Positions 1-12,361 of a stretch of 64,000 bases of DNA are shown one piece after another. The DNA comes from Lepidodermella squamata (Eukaryota > Animalia > Gastrotricha), in assembly GCA_047495785.1 (NCBI GenBank), contig JBLDXI010000103.1, positions 1 to 64,000 on the forward strand, read 5' to 3'. The translations under genes were made by a program, and so were the position numbers. The notes beneath the pieces are model-generated. The model did no database searches. It was not told where the DNA came from and worked only from the letters and a program-made list of their open reading frames with translations. Every line of letters starts with the position of its first letter. The first letter of the stretch is position 1.

Positions 1-2710
1 CAACTCAGAGCTTGAACCTGGTCCATCTGTTAAGTGGGAGGGGGGTGTGGGTTGTCCTCGTGGCGACGTAGCCAGCCATGACGCTCGTGTTTCGTGTTTC
101 TGCTGTTCTGCGTTGACCCGGAAGTGCCGCAAGGTCGCTGCTTTTAGCTTATAGAGGCGTCTTTGGACCTCATTTATACCCTGACAAAAACAGACAAAAT
201 TCATTCGGGCATTTGATGTTCGGCATAAGGGTTTTCGTATAAAAGTCAATCGAACATGTGAGATTCGGACAGATTCAGATCAACCTGATGACTCGACCGC
301 GACTTGGAGCGATGACTCGAAGCGATCGTTTTACTTCAATTACACGAATGCACTTTGGGAAGAGACGATTGACACCCCGCTCTTCCACATCCGTTCAATA
401 ATGGGTATCCACGCTTTTTATTCGCGCTCATTTTTCCACGCAATCCGCGTGATTTGTAAACGAGCGAGCCGTTCCGCACAACGAAAACGTTTTCGCTGTC
501 GACGCATCACGTTCGACTGTTGGAAGACAAGTATTTCAGTGAAGATCTCAATCTGAATGCACAGCGAGAGCATATCCCTGTAATAGAGGGCGTCGATGCC
601 TTGTAAACATGTTTTGAAGATTAATGCCAAAAATGGTTTCAACGTTCAAGTCTAGCCAACGAATAGTCAGCGTAAATAGCGCCGCGGACAGCAGCGATTC
701 GGAGATAGTCATGTACTCCAACAGCCCAATTACCTCATCTGCCGTTACCAACTTGCACATCGAATTCGAAAAGGGCGCGTCCCAGTCAGATCTGGTCATC
801 CTTCAAACCGTCGCACCAGCGAAGGACAAGATGGTATAATTGGAATCATTTAACAAATTCAAAACAAATTTCACATGGTTTGAATAGTCCGCTCTCGACG
901 AGTTCAAGGAGTTCCACGCCCAGTCGTACGATTTAACTTCGATTTTGAATACACACAATACAGCCTGGGAAAAGCGTTTCAAGGCTGGATCGATCGAAGT
1001 TGAAGGTAATTACTTAAATTCTCAACTAAGACCCACATTGTATCGAGCTATAGAGATCCTATGAGATCGAAAAGTGAGGTTTCAAATTGTTATTTTATTA
1101 GGAACCGGCACCAAAGTTGCTGAACTGCGCCGCATGATCAAGTCGACTCTGTACCAGCTCTACAGCCAATTCCCGTTTCCCGACCGCTACGGCATGACCA
1201 TGTATGCGGCTGATTGGACCGCCGAAGATAAGTCTTTTTACGGCGTCTCAGCGTGTGGTCTAGGTCGTGGGGAAATTCTAGCAAAAACGCGCGCATTGAC
1301 TTCGGTGGCCATGTTACGCATGAGCAGGAGCTGTTTGTCTTCCCCGCCATCGCCAGCTCTCTATAAATTACTGGAACTACATGCGGTGCTTAGCGGGTAT
1401 GCCTCGCGACGCTGCCTCGGACGCAACGTTGGAACGCGCTCGCCGGCTGACTTTCGATTCAACCCAACGAATCAGATTATAATGAACAATTTGAAGGTTA
1501 TCACTACAACGCGTCGAAGTCGAATCCGCGCCCACCGACATTCAAAGACCGAGCTTGCCGGCTGAAGTAACCGCGCTGCACTTCTTCACTGGCGAGTTCG
1601 ACTATACCGTTACGGCTGATCAGGTTCGATTTGCCCCAGTCTGGGGTTCTCAGTTTGAAACTAAGATGCTATGGCACGATCGGACGACCCTCCGCAGCCA
1701 GGCCTTCAACGGGACGGGAGAGTTCACGATACCCGCTCAGCAGATTTCGTCCTCGCTAGACACCGTGAGCTCAGCGGCCTTGTCCAGCATCATGTCATCG
1801 GAGACTGATTTTAACTGTCCGCTGGAAGACCATAATCCGTACTACCATGCCACGGTGACCGGCATTCAATCGGGTCTTCTCGCTCTTGCGATATCTGCAA
1901 TTCTTACCAATTTGTAATGGCTTTTTTTGATTGATGATAAAATTAGCTCACGATCGGCAGATTAATTTTATGTAATTTCAGAATTTGTTACCTGTAGTTA
2001 CATTCAAGTACTTTTTTATTTACGCAAAAAATTCGGCTGAGTTTATCACGGTGATGAGGTGCTGCCTAGGGCATCCACACTCTTTTTGAAGCGTTCGATA
2101 TCAACATGTTTCGGGAAGCAAGTTTGTGGGAGCTCATTCCAGGTGTCTACCGATTTTACTAGCCGGTGGTAGGACTCAATAGGCTTTTGCTTGCTATCCC
2201 AAGGAAATTTTGACACCATAATGCCACTTGCTACTGATGACGATTTGCTGAGTCGCGTGAGCTGGTTGTTTTGATCGGTAGCTCCGTGAAATGGTTCCGG
2301 ATTTGCGGCGTGCCTTTCTTAGCTACGGTGATTTTGTAACTTACATCACATGTCATATAGCCACGCACTTCAACAAGCCATGATGTTGATTTTACGTGGA
2401 AGCATAAGACACATAAGACATAAGACATGCAATTAAGGATGATTCTGAATCAGATTCAGATTACAGATTTAGATCACGTCCAATGCCTGTCATATTTGCA
2501 TTATCGTGTTATGATAACTTTTTTCTCATTAGCGCTAGCTCAATATATTGTCTTGATGCGATTAGCCGGGCACTTCTCTGCTTTGCCCTTATTCAGCTGA
2601 ACTGAAAGTTATGACATGCGGAGAATTTTCGCTAACTAAAGCCATCTCTGTTTCTAATTGTAGGCATAATATATCCCATCGAAGTCCTGAGTAGCTTTTC
2701 TGCAATGAGT
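1..2710. repeat. Left arm of inverted duplication 1 (continues beyond window start)
   Basis: Reverse complement of 4587-7297; paired ORFs mirror with coordinate sums 7297/7298. Differences seen: a 1-bp indel in a G-run near 1270, and substitutions at 2174 and 2702. Confidence 0.97.
401..1917 (+). pseudogene. Decayed GH65 (PGGHG/acid trehalase-like) gene with hydrophobic GPI-like C-terminus
   Basis: Spliced segments HNTAWEKRFKAGSIEVEG / ELRRMIKSTLYQLYS / FYGVSACGLGRG resemble the GH65 central domain; there are several frameshifts and stops; the 5' limit is approximate. Confidence 0.5.
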
Positions 2711-3467
2711 CATCTAATTCGGATTTTAGGGCATTTGTTTTCTGTTAAGAGCGAGTTTTATTACCCGCTAAACTTTCCTCGGGCGACGACAATTAGCGAT
2801 CGAATTTCCCAATGTCAAAGGCGTCAACAAATTGGGGTCCATGCCGTGTTTACGTAAACAACATACGGCTTAAGCGTAACTTAATGTAAGACCACTTGAA
2901 TTGTGAATTGGATTCGATTTGAACATATATTTGGACCTTGTCTTTGACAGAGAGCAGGCAATTTCTTCTTGCTTTGACGGAACAGTCGCTCGACGCTCTG
3001 GTCTCTGCTTAACTGTATACTATTGAAAGCGATATGTTTGGTCACTTGACTGGTTCATCCTGCCTGGGAGCAAATTGCCAATCAAGTAGCAGGGAGACCC
3101 GAGCTAAACAAATCTTAGTCGAAATTAGCATGAAAAATCCGGAGTAGGGCCCCTGCTGTTTGGTCAAAATTAAGTTCATTCAAATTGTCCAGGCCAACTA
3201 CTTTAAGTAGTTGATGTTTTGTGGGGTAAAAATAGATTGCTGCTAATCTCAATTCATTAACGCCATAAGCAGACACTATACCAATTATCTATCTGGACAA
3301 ATCTAAGATAAAAAAGTCATAAAACCGCATCATTCGTGTAACCTAGAACACGGACAGTGAACGTGGTTTGTCCATGGTATCCCGTACACATTTTTCAGGT
3401 CAAGCGGACAGAAATCTTCGAAAATTTCGAAAATTTATCAAGTTTTTCAGCTCCAAATAGAGCTGCT

Positions 3468-3908
3468 ATGCCATCTCTCAGATCAGTTATTTTGGTAATG
3501 TTGACATCAACCGCAATTCTAGCGACCCAAACCGAAAGCTCCAGTAAACTACTGAAATTCCTGAAAGGTTGGCTTTTTTAAATTAGAGATTGTCAAATTT
3601 GAGATTGTTTATCATATCATGTTAAAAAAGGCTTTTAAAACGTTTTCCGCTTAACAGGAAGCCTCAAAAAGCAGCTTATTGTTGAGTTGGCTCGGGTACC
3701 AGGCTATTGGCGAAAGGCATTGGGACAACTTCGCTATCGGGTACTTCAAAAGCTCCGCATGGACCACTGCATGGCCTTGCTACAGTCTCGAGAAGTCTGT
3801 CGCGATGAAGGCATTTTCTTCGTTTGGGCGAGGGTCGTTGCGAAGGACATCATGGCCGGAAAACACGATAAATACGTTCTCGCTGATGCTGCCTCAAAGC
3901 AATACTAA
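3468..3908 (+). CDS. Family-A secreted cationic helical protein, copy 1 (116 aa; exons 3468-3567, 3658-3908)
   Basis: Signal peptide MPSLRSVILVMLTSTAILA; phase-1 GT-AG intron at K-G; conserved LRMDHC-x9-CRDEG...WAR..AKDIMAGKHDK. Confidence 0.85.
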
Positions 3909-4586
3909 AAGCCTGAAATTGTAATTATAGATTATTTTAATTCGTGTTTAGGATCAAAATGATAGCGAACATACATAATCTCTCCTCTCTATGAAAAGTC
4001 AACAACGGTAATTATCCAGGGAATGTTATGAATTGCAATTTCAGGCCATTATTTAGCGGAACCTAACTGTTGCATGACTTGCAATTTAGAGCAAAAATCA
4101 AGTTTAGCAAAAAATCGAGGTACACAATTAGCCATTCTGTTTAATCCTGTGAAATACTTATTTCAATTTTCAATTACTGTTTGTTTTGAATCACTGCGTG
4201 ATTCTAGGGTATTGTGAATTCGACTTCTGGAGCTGTTAAAATATTCTAAATCAGACTTGGGCGAATTAGGCTCTGCACATTTTTGAGCACCTGTACAATT
4301 TTCAATGTATCGTATCTTACTGCCGTTTCCGCTAAGCGATTACCTATTTGCACATTTAAAGTTCCATTTAGTCATTTGAATTAATTTACAACTTCATAAC
4401 GTTTCCGTTGCACACCGATACATCAATAAAATAAAGTTTTATTGTACCAACATTTTCTGCTTCGCTTTGTCTTTTGCCCAATATCGATCAACAATATTTC
4501 TCTAAGAGTAATAAATGAGACTGGAAAAGACCGATGTTGGATTGATCCTGAGCCTTGAATCTGATTCATTTCGGAGAATCGGCTGA

Positions 4587-7297
4587 ACTCATTGAAGAAA
4601 AGCTACTCAGGACTTCGATGGGATATATTATGCCTACAATTAGAAACAGAGATGGCTTTAGTTAGCGAAAATTCTCCGCATGTCATAACTTTCAGTTCAG
4701 CTGAATAAGGGCAAAGCAGAGAAGTGCCCGGCTAATCGCATCAAGACAATATATTGAGCTAGCGCTAATGAGAAAAAAGTTATCATAACACGATAATGCA
4801 AATATGACAGGCATTGGACGTGATCTAAATCTGTAATCTGAATCTGATTCAGAATCATCCTTAATTGCATGTCTTATGTCTTATGTGTCTTATGCTTCCA
4901 CGTAAAATCAACATCATGGCTTGTTGAAGTGCGTGGCTATATGACATGTGATGTAAGTTACAAAATCACCGTAGCTAAGAAAGGCACGCCGCAAATCCGG
5001 AACCATTTCACGGAGCTACCGATCAAAACAACCAGCTCACGCGACTCAGCAAATCGTCATCAGTAGCAAGTGGCATTATGGTGTCAAAATTTCCTTGGGA
5101 TAGCAAGCAAAAGCCTATTGAGCCCTACCACCGGCTAGTAAAATCGGTAGACACCTGGAATGAGCTCCCACAAACTTGCTTCCCGAAACATGTTGATATC
5201 GAACGCTTCAAAAAGAGTGTGGATGCCCTAGGCAGCACCTCATCACCGTGATAAACTCAGCCGAATTTTTTGCGTAAATAAAAAAGTACTTGAATGTAAC
5301 TACAGGTAACAAATTCTGAAATTACATAAAATTAATCTGCCGATCGTGAGCTAATTTTATCATCAATCAAAAAAAGCCATTACAAATTGGTAAGAATTGC
5401 AGATATCGCAAGAGCGAGAAGACCCGATTGAATGCCGGTCACCGTGGCATGGTAGTACGGATTATGGTCTTCCAGCGGACAGTTAAAATCAGTCTCCGAT
5501 GACATGATGCTGGACAAGGCCGCTGAGCTCACGGTGTCTAGCGAGGACGAAATCTGCTGAGCGGGTATCGTGAACTCTCCCGTCCCGTTGAAGGCCTGGC
5601 TGCGGAGGGTCGTCCGATCGTGCCATAGCATCTTAGTTTCAAACTGAGAACCCCAGACTGGGGCAAATCGAACCTGATCAGCCGTAACGGTATAGTCGAA
5701 CTCGCCAGTGAAGAAGTGCAGCGCGGTTACTTCAGCCGGCAAGCTCGGTCTTTGAATGTCGGTGGGCGCGGATTCGACTTCGACGCGTTGTAGTGATAAC
5801 CTTCAAATTGTTCATTATAATCTGATTCGTTGGGTTGAATCGAAAGTCAGCCGGCGAGCGCGTTCCAACGTTGCGTCCGAGGCAGCGTCGCGAGGCATAC
5901 CCGCTAAGCACCGCATGTAGTTCCAGTAATTTATAGAGAGCTGGCGATGGCGGGGAAGACAAACAGCTCCTGCTCATGCGTAACATGGCCACCGAAGTCA
6001 ATGCGCGCGTTTTTGCTAGAATTTCCCCCACGACCTAGACCACACGCTGAGACGCCGTAAAAAGACTTATCTTCGGCGGTCCAATCAGCCGCATACATGG
6101 TCATGCCGTAGCGGTCGGGAAACGGGAATTGGCTGTAGAGCTGGTACAGAGTCGACTTGATCATGCGGCGCAGTTCAGCAACTTTGGTGCCGGTTCCTAA
6201 TAAAATAACAATTTGAAACCTCACTTTTCGATCTCATAGGATCTCTATAGCTCGATACAATGTGGGTCTTAGTTGAGAATTTAAGTAATTACCTTCAACT
6301 TCGATCGATCCAGCCTTGAAACGCTTTTCCCAGGCTGTATTGTGTGTATTCAAAATCGAAGTTAAATCGTACGACTGGGCGTGGAACTCCTTGAACTCGT
6401 CGAGAGCGGACTATTCAAACCATGTGAAATTTGTTTTGAATTTGTTAAATGATTCCAATTATACCATCTTGTCCTTCGCTGGTGCGACGGTTTGAAGGAT
6501 GACCAGATCTGACTGGGACGCGCCCTTTTCGAATTCGATGTGCAAGTTGGTAACGGCAGATGAGGTAATTGGGCTGTTGGAGTACATGACTATCTCCGAA
6601 TCGCTGCTGTCCGCGGCGCTATTTACGCTGACTATTCGTTGGCTAGACTTGAACGTTGAAACCATTTTTGGCATTAATCTTCAAAACATGTTTACAAGGC
6701 ATCGACGCCCTCTATTACAGGGATATGCTCTCGCTGTGCATTCAGATTGAGATCTTCACTGAAATACTTGTCTTCCAACAGTCGAACGTGATGCGTCGAC
6801 AGCGAAAACGTTTTCGTTGTGCGGAACGGCTCGCTCGTTTACAAATCACGCGGATTGCGTGGAAAAATGAGCGCGAATAAAAAGCGTGGATACCCATTAT
6901 TGAACGGATGTGGAAGAGCGGGGTGTCAATCGTCTCTTCCCAAAGTGCATTCGTGTAATTGAAGTAAAACGATCGCTTCGAGTCATCGCTCCAAGTCGCG
7001 GTCGAGTCATCAGGTTGATCTGAATCTGTCCGAATCTCACATGTTCGATTGACTTTTATACGAAAACCCTTATGCCGAACATCAAATGCCCGAATGAATT
7101 TTGTCTGTTTTTGTCAGGGTATAAATGAGGTCCAAAGACGCCTCTATAAGCTAAAAGCAGCGACCTTGCGGCACTTCCGGGTCAACGCAGAACAGCAGAA
7201 ACACGAAACACGAGCGTCATGGCTGGCTACGTCGCCACGAGGACAACCCACACCCCCCTCCCACTTAACAGATGGACCAGGTTCAAGCTCTGAGTTG
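4587..7297. repeat. Right arm of inverted duplication 1
   Basis: Mirror of 1-2710; the spacer 2711-4586 is not palindromic. Confidence 0.97.
5380..6897 (-). pseudogene. Mirror copy of the decayed GH65/PGGHG-like gene
   Basis: The extra G keeps FYGVSACGLGRGG...GGHVTHEQELFVFPAI in frame (cf. the GH65 motif GHVFWDQxxWMFP); a stop follows. Confidence 0.5.
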
Positions 7298-7440
7298 GAA
7301 CAACAGACTTCGAAGGATATTAATCTTATTTTAATTTCGGTCAGATGACATCCGAACATATGGCTTTTCGTTGACCGATTTTTGTGGGGTTGAAAATACC
7401 GTTCGGACAAATGAGATTCGGACATTTGGGTGAACGCGGG
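7010..7440. mobile_element. Possible MITE-like element
   Basis: Inverted GTCCGAATCTCA motifs near 7028 and 7410-7422; ends and TSD unclear. Confidence 0.3.
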
Positions 7441-8220
7441 TCAGTTGCGCGGCTGATGCGGATCATGGCGTAGTTTGGGATCCGAACCCTAGTCACGAAT
7501 GACCGGTCATTTATGCTGGCAGTGCGGTAAAGACCGGCCAAGTATAAGGATTCCTATTAAAACATATGTGAATTAATTTTAACTCATCGTTAATAATTTA
7601 GTCAAAAATTTCGCAAAAAAAAATCATGACTATCGTTAAGCAGAACCTAATTTACGGAGTGCGGAACCAAATATGCATTTTGCGAAACCAACGTCAAAAT
7701 AGCCAAGGGTCATTTTTTCAACAATGACTTCTGATTCCGCTCACCGTAAATTTGGCTCCAGTAAAAGGAGGACCCAAAAACTTATTTACATTGTAAACTG
7801 TGGTAGCGAGGATACCAGACGACAGCTCGGGAAGTTCTCGAGAATTGTAAATCGTCATTTGTAAATCGTTATTATTTATTTATCATTTATCCAGAAGCTA
7901 TTACACCCAAAGAGGGAAGCTTGACAAAGTATAAGGAAAACAACATATAATTGCAGGACAGGATCACATTTAGGACAGGAAAGGTGTTGTAGAAGAAACA
8001 AAGTTATAGAATTAGGATTAGAAATACACGCCAATGTGTATATAATATAATAATGATAGGTAATAGTAAAAATCGCAACAATAGTGTAATAAAACAAAAC
8101 AGCAGCATTTCAGCAGTATAAAAATAAATTGTATTCAATCAGGTCCATTTCAGTATCAGGAATTAAAGTATACAAATCACAACAAAGTGTATCAAAGTTA
8201 AACCAGATCAAAAATGATGA

Positions 8221-8532
8221 TCACTGGGATAATTTAGCGGCATTCATTCCGTAGTAGTACTGGTAAACTACCTCGCGACTTATTGCTCGAATTAGCCCAT
8301 ACGCCCCCAGGTAGCCTATATCGTGGAGTTTTCATTGGAGTTGGTAAATGCGACAGCTATTGATTTTCAACTTACATTGACGCCATGATCAGGTCCTCGT
8401 CGGGGTTGGTCGATAGAGACTCATCTTCACTCTGCTGCGCTAACGATGACGCTGCAAAAAGCGCCAAGACGAGAAAGGAACGCCTGAAAAGCAATCAATT
8501 GTGATTCAATTTTTGAATTCCACGATTTACAT
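8221..8532 (-). CDS. Small putative secreted protein (about 3 exons)
   Basis: Split ATG (8532-8531 plus exon 8483-8376) gives MRSFLVLALFAASSLAQQSEDESLSTNPDEDLIM; next acceptor at 8316; frame of the last exon is ambiguous. Confidence 0.45.
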
Positions 8533-9233
8533 GGAAATCGGCTACGGTATGACAGCAGTTACTTGGAAAAGCTGAAAAATAAAAACAAGAGCACTACCCT
8601 CTACTGCCTACAGAACGAGTGACTGCAATAATAATTGGAAGAAAGATTGCTGATAAGTTGCTGCTCTCAAACATGGACATGCATAGTAAGGATTATCGCC
8701 AATCAATGGGCTTTTTTTATTGCATAACACTTTTACTATTATTAGTTTGCTTTGGATACCTAATTTTTTCAGTTAAGGCATAGCTGCTATAGCATGCATC
8801 GTTTTGAGCTGTCTGTGATTCATAGCGAAGTCCGGTGTTTTATTACAGGGGGATAAGGTTGCTTTCGGCTTCGGCCCACAGTTTTCGCCAACTAAGCTAC
8901 TTTAATGTAAAATGGATGAAAAATGTAAAATGGCAAAGGTATCAAAATTAGAAGTTTGAAGGAAGAAGTTTCCATGGCTAAATCAAGATGAATGAAATCA
9001 AAAGTTCACTTATTGGGCTAAAAAGCTCATTTCAAATCTATATGGCAAATGGCAATTAAGTTACCAAAATATCACACCAACACAAGTGAAAGTTTGATGG
9101 ACACATTAAAAGTTCTGAATTTCCGAACACAGCCTGCTTAATATTCGCTTCAAAGATTCTGAAGATGCTACACACATTTATTTTCAATGGTGAAAGAATA
9201 CAAAATGAGGATGTTAGCAATCAAGCTAAGCTT

Positions 9234-10637
9234 TCAATCAAGCAAAGGCTTCAGCCCACCAACAAGCGATTCATAGCATGGCGGCATTGGCCCATAGTCA
9301 TACATAACACTGTTGTAGTTCGGCGACATCTCTACAGGCACTGCAACAGGCATAGGCCGTTCTCCAAGGCCCCAAGCTCCCTCGCCAGTCCATCTTACAG
9401 CTTGCAAAATACCTTCCGTCTTCACCTGATCGAAAACCACATCACCCTGGGGTCGCCTTGGTATAGTCCCGATAACTACTGGGAGGTACACTTTCAGGTC
9501 GAATGATCTGGGAACAATTAGGCCGATTTCGACGTGGTAGTTCACGCAGACCAGTGGTGAAGCGATTGAAGGAGCTACTGCAGGCAGTTTGAACGGAATT
9601 TTCTCCCATTCGGCGACGTTGTCGATTAGAGGCTTAAGTAGCTGAGCTGGCTTAAATGGCTCCATTGGCGTCATTGGGTAATCCTTAGAAGCAACGTGCT
9701 CGGACCCTGTATCAAAGCGGAAAGGTTCTGAATTTTTGCGAATCAACGGCCTAAATTAGTCCAACCTCCTTTTTCGCGCATCACTTGGCGCTGGACTAAT
9801 TTGACGTAGGGCTGAACTCCATGCCGCGAGCGATTGATCAATGTACCACTCACCAAAACAATGTCCTCTACAATACATAAATCAAGATAAAACACATTCA
9901 AAGCCAAGGAATTTACCTGGGCAATAAGCGGCTCTATCGGTTTGGCCCTCGATTCTCAGCGGACCTTCGGTGCACAGCCCCCAGCATATCCTCTTCGCAT
10001 CTTCGGCCAAAACTGGAAACTAGAATTATCGGACTTTGATTAGAGTGAAGCAGAGATAATCGCTAAATTGATTACGTCGTACTGCATCAAATTGATGTCT
10101 ATTAGTTGCAGAACTTTGATGGAACTATCGGTCATTTTTATATCCTCCTCTTCGAAGGGAGAAGTTGCTTCGAGCCAATATCGAACGTAGCCATGTGGCC
10201 CCTCAAATGACGCGCTGAGACTTACGAAAGCGAAATTGATAATGAAGTTAATGAAAGAAGTTCTTACTTTGAGGGAAGGTGAAATGTGAACGGAATCAAT
10301 GAGATTCCATGCGTGATAGCTCCTTTGATCTCGGTTATTGCGAAAACAAAACTCTGAGATAATGCAAGTACTTACCATGAGGAATAATGACTTCTTGAGG
10401 AAGGCGCAGGAGTTCTTTGGTTTCATGATACGTTATGGTGATGGTTTCGTTAACGCCCCCGCTTTGATTCGAGTAGGTCTCAGTCCAATAGACCCGGGAC
10501 TTTCCGATTAAAGTCACGGTTATGCTCTTTAGAGGTAACTTGCCCTTAGCTATGATTTCACAGTAGCCATGAAGCAGCTCCCCGGCGTAGTAAAGCGTCT
10601 TTTCTTTGATGACGACAGAAATCGAGTCCAAAGACAT
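9234..10637 (-). CDS. Alpha-arrestin (arrestin domain-containing protein), multi-exon
   Basis: YYAGELLHG, SASFEGPHGYVRYWLEA, CTEGPLRIEGQTDRAAYCPG, LPVVIGTIP and a C-terminal PPxY (PPCY); one junction near 9730-9770 is unresolved. Confidence 0.85.
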
Positions 10638-11228
10638 GTTTGGGATAGAAAAAATGGCAATTTTCTATAAATTATGCTGATGTCAAACTGTTGTTGTTTT
10701 TGAACGTGATTTTTGCTGACTGAAAGACATTAATCGCGATAAATCTGGCGCAGCTTTCCCTTAAATCGCGTCACGAAATAACGCACATGTCAATATTGGT
10801 CAAAAATCACGAGGGGTTTTATTTTTCCTGTAATTTCGGTTTCAAAATAAATAGGTCGAAAGGCTGCTTCACTTACACAGCTCAATAACTGCCTTGAAAC
10901 CGGTACAATTCCTAATGGACAAAAGATGAATTGTCCACCTGCCCATCACGTGATTCTACTTTCATACCACGCTGATGCACGCATGTAGCAAAATAAATTA
11001 ACCCTGGACCCCGGATCAAATCGTGCGAAAAATATCAAATGCACCATTATTCCGATTTATTTGTCATAGATTGCCTTAATACATCGTTTATATCACCAAT
11101 CACCAAATCACTGGGAACATGGAAGACTTGCAATCATTACAAGAGGTGGAATAGATTGGACTAGGTCTCTGATCACGAAAGCTCTTGAATGTAAGTTCGG
11201 TCAATTTCGAATTGTCTCTCAGCAGAAT

Positions 11229-12033
11229 TTACTGGCGCTTGTACTTGCGGACGCTCTTAACGCCGTTAGCCTCGCACTCGGCGATCATGAGGTCACCCTC
11301 GACCCAGCGGGTGAAGTTTGAGTTGACGTCACCCTTCTGGGTCTGCAGCAGCTTGCCATCGCTGGTCAGCGTGAAGGTCGACTTGCATTTGCGGCCATCG
11401 GGTGTCTTCTCGTCGAACTCAACATCGAGGTCGAACTCGGTGGTCGAAGTGGAAACGGCGGATTCCTGCTTCATGATGATGTGGTTGCCGTTCACGGTGA
11501 TGACGATGGTCGGCTTCGACGAGTCGGCGATCTTGCGGACAGCCCAGCTGACGCCAACCTCTGAAAATCAAAATCGAATTATAATCAGTAACAAGAACAA
11601 AAAGGTTTTATTTGATAGTGAACATTAATAGGGTTAGGGTTAGGGTTAGGGTTAGGGTTAGGGTTAGAATTGGGATTAGGATTACCTTTAGGTTAAGACT
11701 GTAGTTAAGAGGGTATTAGAGTTAGGGTTGGGGCTAAAGCCTGGCTTAGTCTGGACTTAGTCCTAGGGTTAAGGGTTGAAGCCTGGATTCTGCTTAGGGT
11801 TAGAGTTATAATTCAAATTGCCTGTGACAGTGCCTCAAGCTTTACGAGTGTGTTCATGATTAATTAGATTTAGGATTAGGGCTAGGATCAAGATTAGTCA
11901 GATGTTTTTAAACCACATGGGTCACCAATTAGAGGGGCTTTTCATACAGTGTATAATAAAATTTCTTACCCTTCATGTAGGCATCGAAGTTCTCCGACGA
12001 CTCCAATTTCCAGGTACCAGCGAACTGAGACAT
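11229..12033 (-). CDS. FABP: Fatty acid-binding protein (iLBP family), 131 aa; exons 12033-11970, 11560-11229
   Basis: [31 protein letters not shown]...EFDEKTPDGRKCKS...SVRKYKRQ; canonical splice sites. Confidence 0.95.
11629..11890 (+). repeat. Interstitial telomere-like (TTAGGG)n in the FABP intron
   Basis: About 6 perfect units at 11629-11667, then degenerate units (TTAGAG, TTAGGA, CTAGGG). Confidence 0.9.
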
Positions 12034-12222
12034 TTTGATTGATGCTTAACTCGGAATTAAGTTTTCTCTAAAAATAAAGAAAAATTCTTAACAGTGAATT
12101 AAGCTTTGTTTTAAGCAAAAATTAGCACATAGATAGCATTTGATTGTACGTGTTTTCGTTCCAACATTGATTGGGAGGTTTCAACACTGATTTAAAGTCA
12201 ATCACATTATTTTATGAGCTGC

Positions 12223-12361
12223 TCACGCACGCTTGTACTTGCGAGTGCATTTAACTTTGTTGCACTCGCAGGTAACAATCAGGTAATCGCCCTCAACCCA
12301 TCGCTCGAAGATGGTGTTGTACTTGCCACGCTGGTCGTGGATCATCTTCTCGCCCTCCATG
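12223..12361 (-). pseudogene. 3' fragment of a second FABP, cut at the inverted-duplication junction
   Basis: Reads MEGEKMIHDQRGKYNTIFERWVEGDYLIVTCECNKVKCTRKYKRA*, aligning with the neighbouring FABP C-terminus (RWVEGD, RKYKR). Confidence 0.85.

Noticed and set aside
3658-3908. Family A as saposin-like proteins
   Set aside because: Only 2 Cys instead of the usual 6 (4 in granulysin); resemblance limited to size, charge and helicity, so it cannot be supported without a structure search.
1-7297. Palindrome arms as TIRs of a giant transposon (Polinton/foldback)
   Set aside because: Arms contain host gene sequence and there is no transposase or polymerase in the spacer. Palindrome 2 likewise shows no TSD.
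11185-11628. 147-aa plus-strand ORF
   Set aside because: Antisense shadow of FABP exon 2.
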